DNA of 15,009 nt, taken from positions 1 to 15,009 of the forward strand of contig JANQHR010000134.1 in the NCBI GenBank assembly GCA_028282585.1, written 5' to 3'. A program made the translations under genes and the position numbers. A model generated the notes under the pieces. That model saw nothing but the letters and a program-made list of their open reading frames with translations. It made no database searches and had not been told where the DNA came from. Below are positions 9,422 through 15,009 of the stretch, piece by piece. Every line of letters starts with the position of its first letter. Positions within the stretch are counted from its first letter, which is position 1. This DNA comes from Bacteroidales bacterium (GTDB lineage: Bacteria; Bacteroidota; Bacteroidia; Bacteroidales; UBA12077).

Positions 9422-9441
9422 CCTGTCTGCCGACAGGCAGG
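9422..9441. repeat. 20-bp GC-rich REP-like quasi-palindrome
   Basis: CCTGTCTGCCGACAGGCAGG is 70% GC in an AT-rich spacer. It resembles the CCTGCCTGCCGGCAGGCAGG-type dispersed repeats I recall from Bacteroidota. Confidence 0.65.
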
Positions 9442-9473
9442 CATCTGGTAATTGAAAAATAAATAATAAACAG

Positions 9474-9992
9474 ATGAATTTAAAAGAAACAATTCGCGAA
9501 ATTCCTGATTATCCCGAGAAAGGGATAAACTTCAAAGACATCACAACAATGCTTAAAAACCCGGACGCATTTAAGCACGTTGTTGATGAAATAAGTGACT
9601 ATTTTAAGGACAAGAAAATCACGAAGATTGTTTCTTTAGAATCGAGAGGTTTTATTGTTGGTGGAGCTGTTGCCTATCATTTAGGTGCAGGATTTGTACC
9701 TGTTCGAAAAAAAGGAAAATTGCCCGCTGAAACAATTGAAGAATCTTATGAGTTGGAATACGGTTCGGATATAATCGAAATTCATAAAGATTCTATTTCT
9801 GAAGATGATGTTGTTTTGATTCACGATGATCTTTTGGCAACTGGTGGAACAGCTCTGGCTGCTCTAAACCTGATCAAAAAAATGAATGTAAAAGACGTTT
9901 ATTTCTCATTTATTTGTGATTTAAAATTTATCGAAAACGGGAAGAAAAAAGTGTTATCTGAATACGAAACCCATACCTTAGTAGAGTATTAA
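9474..9992 (+). CDS. apt: Adenine phosphoribosyltransferase
   Basis: IPDYPEKGINFKDIT, ESRGF, RKKGKLP, YELEYG, PRPP-binding DDLLATGGT. Confidence 0.97.
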   Translation: MNLKETIREIPDYPEKGINFKDITTMLKNPDAFKHVVDEISDYFKDKKITKIVSLESRGFIVGGAVAYHLGAGFVPVRKKGKLPAETIEESYELEYGSDIIEIHKDSISEDDVVLIHDDLLATGGTALAALNLIKKMNVKDVYFSFICDLKFIENGKKKVLSEYETHTLVEY

Positions 9993-10004
9993 TCCTTTCG
10001 AAAA

Positions 10005-11825
10005 TTGAAATACGCAGCTTCAAATAAAAATGCTGGTCAGTTGAAAAAGTTGGTTTCGGTGTTGCCAAATCAGCCTGGAATTTATCAGTATTTTGACAAT
10101 ACGGGCAAAATTATTTATGTAGGTAAAGCAAAAAATCTTAAAAAAAGAGTTGCTTCCTATTTCACAAAAAAACACGAAAATAGAAAAACAGCATTGCTGG
10201 TTCGGAGCATAGCCGACATCAAACATATGGTTGTAGAAACCGAACAAGATGCCCTTCTTTTAGAAAATAACCTGATAAAAAAATACCAACCGAGGTATAA
10301 TATTCGACTAAAGGACGACAAAACGTATCCATGGATTGTTATCAAAAATGAACGCTTTCCAAGAGTATTTCAAACCAGAAATGTGATTCGGGATGGGTCT
10401 CAATATTTCGGACCTTATACTTCTGTAATGACAGTACGAACCCTTTTGGATTTATTTAAAAAGCTTTACAAACTTCGAAATTGTAAATACAACCTTTCAA
10501 AAGAAAATGTTGAGAATGGTAAATTCAAAGTTTGCCTGGAATACCATATTGGAAATTGTTTAGGACCTTGTGAAGCTTACCAGGAAGAAGAAAATTACAA
10601 ACAATACATTACTGAAATTCGTGATATTTTAAAAGGGAACATTTCTGTAGTCATAAAATATTTAAGGGATTTAATGCATCGTTTTTCTGAAAACTATAAG
10701 TTTGAAGAAGCAAATGAAGTAAAAGAAAAACTGGAAATTCTTGAAAAATTCCAAAATCGATCTACAGTTGTTAGTGCTACAATTACCGATGTTGATGTTT
10801 TCGGGATTGACATCGATGAAAAATCAGCTTTTATAAATTACCTTAAAGTGATCAATGGGGCGATTATTCAAACCTACACAACGGAAATTAAAAAGGCATT
10901 GGATGAAACCAAAGAAGAATTATTGCAATACGCCATTGTTGACATTCGCCAGAAGATTTTCTCAAATGCAAAAGAAATAATTGTACCATTTAAGCCAGAA
11001 ATTGATTTAGAAAAAATAAGTTTCAAAGTTCCTGTTAGGGGAGATAAAAAGAAATTACTTGATCTTTCGGAGCGTAATGCAAAGTATTTTCGTTTAGAAA
11101 AAGAGAAACAAAAAATTCTTTCCAAACCGAAAGAATCTACCAATCGAATTTTAGAAACCATAAAAAAAGATTTACAGTTAAAAGAATTGCCAACACGAAT
11201 TGAGTGTTTTGACAATTCAAATTTGCAAGGATCAAATCCGACTGCTGCATGTGTTGTTTTTAAAAACACCAAACCTGCAAAAAAAGAGTACCGCCACTAT
11301 CATGTAAAAACGGTTGAAGGGCCCGATGATTTTGCTTCGATGGAAGAAATCGTTTACAGAAGATATAAACGACAAATTGAAGAAAAGCAAAATTTACCAC
11401 AACTGATAATTATTGATGGAGGGAAAGGACAATTAGGAATGGCATTAAATGCACTCGAAAAATTAAACCTTCGGGGGAAAATCAGCATCATTGGTATTGC
11501 AAAAAAATTAGAAGAAATTTATTTCCCAGGGGATTCAGTTCCCCTTTATTTGGATAAAAATTCTGAAACGTTAAAAATTATTCAGCAAGCTCGGGATGAA
11601 GCTCATCGATTTGGAATAACTTTTCACAGAAAATTACGGTCGAAAAATTTTCTTAAAACTGAGTTGGATGAAATTCCTGGAATTGGAGAAAAAACAATTC
11701 AGCAGCTTTTAAGACGATTTAAGAGCCTTGAGAATGTAAAAAAACAAGCCTTCGATACAGTTGCTGAAGAAATAGGCAATTCTAAAGCGGTTAAAATCTT
11801 CGATTTCTATAAATTAAAACGTTGA
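10005..11825 (+). CDS. uvrC: Excinuclease ABC subunit UvrC
   Basis: GIY-YIG domain (PGIYQY..IIYVGKAKNLKKRV.SYF), Cys cluster C..CLEYHIGNCLGPC, IECFDNS, IDGGKGQ, RDEAHRF, HhH IPGIG. TTG start; exact start uncertain. Confidence 0.98.
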   Translation: MKYAASNKNAGQLKKLVSVLPNQPGIYQYFDNTGKIIYVGKAKNLKKRVASYFTKKHENRKTALLVRSIADIKHMVVETEQDALLLENNLIKKYQPRYNIRLKDDKTYPWIVIKNERFPRVFQTRNVIRDGSQYFGPYTSVMTVRTLLDLFKKLYKLRNCKYNLSKENVENGKFKVCLEYHIGNCLGPCEAYQEEENYKQYITEIRDILKGNISVVIKYLRDLMHRFSENYKFEEANEVKEKLEILEKFQNRSTVVSATITDVDVFGIDIDEKSAFINYLKVINGAIIQTYTTEIKKALDETKEELLQYAIVDIRQKIFSNAKEIIVPFKPEIDLEKISFKVPVRGDKKKLLDLSERNAKYFRLEKEKQKILSKPKESTNRILETIKKDLQLKELPTRIECFDNSNLQGSNPTAACVVFKNTKPAKKEYRHYHVKTVEGPDDFASMEEIVYRRYKRQIEEKQNLPQLIIIDGGKGQLGMALNALEKLNLRGKISIIGIAKKLEEIYFPGDSVPLYLDKNSETLKIIQQARDEAHRFGITFHRKLRSKNFLKTELDEIPGIGEKTIQQLLRRFKSLENVKKQAFDTVAEEIGNSKAVKIFDFYKLKR

Positions 11826-11889
11826 AAAACAGCAGTTTTAGTTTAAGAAGAATAGTGTTTTTTAAATACAGGAAAAATATTCAACTAGA

Positions 11890-12834
11890 TTAAATTCTGT
11901 ACTTTTCTTCACCATCGAGCAAGCCAACGTAAGAAAAATACCTGCTTTCTGAAATTTCACCATTTGCGACTGCATTTTTTACTTCGCAACCCGGTTCATG
12001 AATATGGGTGCAATTATAAAACTGACATTTTTCAAGCCGCTTAAAAATTTCAGGAAAATAATGACCAATTTCTTCCTTTTCCATATCCAGCATTCCGAAA
12101 CCTTTTATCCCGGGTGTGTCAATTATGTAACCTCCAAAACTCAAATCAAACATTTCAGAAAAAGTGGTTGTATGTTTTCCGGTTTGATGGTAATCTGAAA
12201 TTTCTTTTGTTTTCAAGTTTAGGTTTGGTTCAATTGCATTTATCAGGGTAGATTTTCCGACACCAGAGTGTCCTGAAAAAACATTGGTTTTATTTTCCAT
12301 CCATGATTGAAGCGTATCCAAACCAATTTTCTTTTTGGCTGAAGTTGTTAAGCACCTGTAACCAATACTTTCATAAAGCTCAATTAGCTTATTCATGGTA
12401 AGAATTTGCTCAGGATTATATCTGTCTATTTTGTTGAAAATCAGCGTACAAGGAATTCTATATGCTTCGGCTGATGCCAAAAAACGATCTATAAAAGTTG
12501 TCGTAGTAATTGGGAAATTGACAGTTACAACCAGGAAAGCCTGATCGATATTTGCAGCGATAATATGAGACTGTTTTGATAGATTTGTAGACTTTCGGAT
12601 AATATAATTCTTACGATCTATTATTTTGATAATCAAACCAATGTGAGTATTTTTGTCATCTTCAATCGTTTTTGAAACTTTAAACTCCACATGATCACCT
12701 ACTGCAATTGGGTTGGTACTTTTAATTCCTTTAATGCGGAATTTACCCTTTATTTTGCATTCAATATTAGAGCCATCCTCCTGTTTTACTGTGTACCAGC
12801 TCCCCGTTGATTTTATGACAATTCCTTTATTCAA
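11890..12834 (-). CDS. rsgA: Small ribosomal subunit-dependent GTPase RsgA
   Basis: Circularly permuted GTPase NKID ... GHSGVGKS ... GKHTTT ... DTPG, with a C-terminal Zn site [17 protein letters not shown] start. Confidence 0.96.
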   Translation of the reverse strand: MNKGIVIKSTGSWYTVKQEDGSNIECKIKGKFRIKGIKSTNPIAVGDHVEFKVSKTIEDDKNTHIGLIIKIIDRKNYIIRKSTNLSKQSHIIAANIDQAFLVVTVNFPITTTTFIDRFLASAEAYRIPCTLIFNKIDRYNPEQILTMNKLIELYESIGYRCLTTSAKKKIGLDTLQSWMENKTNVFSGHSGVGKSTLINAIEPNLNLKTKEISDYHQTGKHTTTFSEMFDLSFGGYIIDTPGIKGFGMLDMEKEEIGHYFPEIFKRLEKCQFYNCTHIHEPGCEVKNAVANGEISESRYFSYVGLLDGEEKYRI

Positions 12835-12903
12835 ATGAAATTTTTTGTTCTAAAGATTCGTTGTATTTTCGCTGCAAAGTTCAACCAAAAGTATAAAATA
12901 ATT

Positions 12904-13671
12904 GTGAAAAGGATTTTGTCTTACAATGTGAATGGAATTAGGGCAGCTTTAAAAAAAGGTTTTTTAGAGTGGATGGAAAATGAAAATCCGGATGTAATTT
13001 GCATCCAGGAAACAAAAGCTCAGAATGGACAAATGAGTGAAGAAGAGTTTGAGAAAAAAGGGTACAATATCAATTCATTTTCTGCTAAAAAGCCGGGTTA
13101 TAGCGGGGTTGCAATAATTTCTAAAGAAAAACCTGATTATGTTGAATTTGGGATGAATAATGAAAAATATGACATTGAAGGACGGGTTATTCGGGCCGAT
13201 TTTGGAGATTTATCCATAATAAGTGCTTATTTTCCATCAGGTACAACAGGTGGTCCAAGGCAGGAATATAAAATGAACTTTTTGACTGATTTTCACTTAT
13301 ACTTAAACGAATTAAAGAAACAACGATCAAAATTGATTATTTCCGGTGATTATAATATTTGTCGTTTATGGATTGATATTCATAATCCTGAGAAACAGCA
13401 AAATACTTCCGGGTTTTTACCTGAAGAACGTGAATGGTTTCAACAATTTGTAGATGATGGTTACGTAGATAGTTTTAGGGTAATACATGAAGACCCACAT
13501 CATTATTCATGGTGGAGCTATCGTGCCGGAGCCAGAGCGAGGAATAAAGGTTGGAGAATTGATTACCATATGGTTACAGATAATTTGAAGGATAAAATAA
13601 CGAATGCAGGCATATTACCAAACGTGGTGCATTCAGATCATTGCCCGGTGTGGGTGGAAATGGATATGTAG
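12904..13671 (+). CDS. xth: Exodeoxyribonuclease III / AP endonuclease
   Basis: SYNVNG, QETK, GYSGVA, GDYN, YSWW, GWRIDY, SDHCP. GTG at 12904 preferred because the family normally starts just before SYNVNG and the longer ORF leaves no room for divergent promoters. Confidence 0.93.
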   Translation: MKRILSYNVNGIRAALKKGFLEWMENENPDVICIQETKAQNGQMSEEEFEKKGYNINSFSAKKPGYSGVAIISKEKPDYVEFGMNNEKYDIEGRVIRADFGDLSIISAYFPSGTTGGPRQEYKMNFLTDFHLYLNELKKQRSKLIISGDYNICRLWIDIHNPEKQQNTSGFLPEEREWFQQFVDDGYVDSFRVIHEDPHHYSWWSYRAGARARNKGWRIDYHMVTDNLKDKITNAGILPNVVHSDHCPVWVEMDM

Positions 13672-14694
13672 ATGAGGGAACGGGCAATTATTATTGTTTT
13701 TTTAAGCTTTTTTGCAAATGCAGGTTTTGCTCAATTTAGTGCAATATTTGAAAGGTGTATACCTGATACCAATTACATTGAAACGTACAGGGATGATCTT
13801 ATTCTAAGAATTTATACATCCAATAAAATTAATTTTTTCAAACTTGAGGATACAGAGGGTGAATTGAGTATAAAGTATCGTCCGAACGACTTCTACAATT
13901 TAGGAATTGGTGTTAACTACAAGTGGTTTGGTATCAATATTGGAACTCCTTTTCCTCTTTCAACAAGAGATGAACAAAAGTATGGGAAAACCAATACTTT
14001 TGGCATTCAAAGCTATATTTACCGGAGGAAGTTTACGATAGACGTATTGGCAAAAAAAACGAAAGGATATTTTATTAGCGATAGCGATGAAGTTCTTCCA
14101 CAATTTGATGATTTGGAAATTGAGTACAGCAGAAGGGATATTCAAACGCAAAATTTTGGTTTAAATGTCAATTATATATTCAATAATCGCCGATTTTCGC
14201 ACCGTGCAGCGTTTAAGCAAACCGAACGGCAAATCCAAAGTGCAGGTTCTTTACTTGCTGGATTTGGGCTTTATTCTTTTCTTGCTTCAGCAGATTCGGC
14301 AATTGTTCCACGTGAAATTGATGATAGGTATTTTGCAAAGAACAGGGATTTTAGAGGAAGTTTGTCGTTTTCTGCTAATATAAATGTTGGTTATGCTTAT
14401 TCTTATGTGTTTGCAAAAAACTGGTTATTAACAGGTTCATTCATTTCAAGTGTAGGTCTTGAACATCTAAGGTTTAGGTATTTTGATCAAAACACACAGA
14501 AAAAATTACGACCAAATTTCAATTGGCAATTACGGTTGGCATTAAGTTATCAGTGCAAAAATTATATGGCTGGTTTAAGCTTTGTGAGGTTTTCCCACGG
14601 ATCATCATTGGAAGTGCCTGAAATGTCTATCACAAACGGCAGCGATTTTGTTCGTTTTACAATCAGCCGCCGTTTGCAACTGAGTAAAAAATAG
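13672..14694 (+). CDS. DUF4421-like exported protein, probable outer-membrane beta-barrel
   Basis: Sec signal ending GFA|Q. Many alternating aromatic/Gly beta-strands (LGIGVNYKWFGINIG, FGLNVNYIFN, QSAGSLLAG, INVGYAYSYVF). ATG directly follows the xth TAG. Family name is from recognition only. Confidence 0.65.
   Translation: MRERAIIIVFLSFFANAGFAQFSAIFERCIPDTNYIETYRDDLILRIYTSNKINFFKLEDTEGELSIKYRPNDFYNLGIGVNYKWFGINIGTPFPLSTRDEQKYGKTNTFGIQSYIYRRKFTIDVLAKKTKGYFISDSDEVLPQFDDLEIEYSRRDIQTQNFGLNVNYIFNNRRFSHRAAFKQTERQIQSAGSLLAGFGLYSFLASADSAIVPREIDDRYFAKNRDFRGSLSFSANINVGYAYSYVFAKNWLLTGSFISSVGLEHLRFRYFDQNTQKKLRPNFNWQLRLALSYQCKNYMAGLSFVRFSHGSSLEVPEMSITNGSDFVRFTISRRLQLSKK
14304..14319. promoter_or_regulatory. 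Degenerate parS-like site inside CDS
   Basis: TGTTCCACGTGAAATT, 14/16 to TGTTCCACGTGAAACA. Confidence 0.5.
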
Positions 14695-14732
14695 TATTTA
14701 AGCACAAGTAATTTGCACCCTAAATTATTAAT

Positions 14733-14771
14733 AATGACTACTAATGTCCGTAATGACAATCAATGACATTC
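14733..14771 (+). repeat. Array of four ~10-bp AATGAC units, same family as 38-137
   Basis: AATGAC 14733, AATGTC 14743, AATGAC 14752, AATGAC 14762. Shares TAATGACTACT and AATGACATTC with 114-137. Confidence 0.75.
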
Positions 14772-14806
14772 CGAAGGGAATTTATTATCTATTTAAAGGT
14801 TAAAAC

Positions 14807-14825
14807 CTCCGAAACCAGTTCGGAG
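14807..14825. repeat. REP-like hairpin
   Basis: CTCCGAA-accag-TTCGGAG, a perfect 7-bp stem followed by CAGGCTCT rather than a U-tract. Confidence 0.55.
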
Positions 14826-14966
14826 CAGGCTCTGTAATTTTATACAGCTACTTTAGCTTCTATAAACTTTATGTATTGCTGGAAATGAGATCCCGAAGTT
14901 TCGAAAGAAGCTAGTGTAAAGATTGCTAATTCCCCAAACTAATTTTTGCCCTATTTTCCTTTCTTC

Positions 14967-15009
14967 TGCGTTAAGTTTTTTCGCCGTAGCTGTGGCTATG
15001 CCTGTAAAA
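14967..15009 (+). ncRNA. Truncated structured RNA/repeat, Flavo-1-like (tentative)
   Basis: TGCGTT..TTTT..CGC-CGTAGC-tgtg-GCTATG-C..AAAA nested stem, cut by the window end. Resemblance to Flavo-1/Acido-Lenti-1-type motifs is from memory only. Confidence 0.35.

Noticed and set aside
11826-11889. Intrinsic terminator between convergent uvrC and rsgA
   Set aside because: Only a weak AAAAC/GTTTT stem is present, with no GC-rich hairpin.
12835-12903. 23-aa N-terminal extension of xth in the ORF track
   Set aside because: It would abut the rsgA start with no promoter space and does not resemble ExoIII. GTG at 12904 fits better.
1444-14759. Short overlapping ORFs in the track (1444-1782, 2503-2826, 4552-4770, 4971-5174, 5778-6017, 7643-7903, 10020-10247, 10157-10345, 10874-11272, 11998-12198, 13960-14151, 14165-14383, 14562-14759)
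   Set aside because: Antisense or out-of-frame shadows of well-supported genes, with biased composition and no recognisable motifs.

Overview
AT-rich Bacteroidota chromosome segment (gene content and TAnnTTTG promoters fit a Bacteroidia/Marinilabiliales-like organism; taxon is inferred). It holds 12 mostly housekeeping genes: lipoprotein glutaminyl cyclase, ruvB, a stand-alone receiver protein, a DUF4175-like membrane/coiled-coil protein, an RsbW-like ATPase, ybeY, mnmG, apt, uvrC, rsgA, xth and a DUF4421-like protein. The window looks origin-proximal: a perfect parS palindrome abuts the mnmG stop codon, a degenerate parS lies in the last gene, and the 517-bp very AT-rich gap at 2802-3318 has degenerate DnaA-box-like 9-mers. 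The most unusual signals are non-coding. They include a ~150-bp imperfect palindrome at 6-151 built from two inverted arrays of four ~10-bp-phased AATGAC units, a third such array at 14733-14771, a dense structured mnmG-apt spacer whose hairpin arm is also complementary to the apt start, and a cluster of REP/ncRNA-like hairpins at the right end. No CRISPR, tRNA, rRNA, transposase or defence genes were seen. All motif work was done by eye and no database searches were run.
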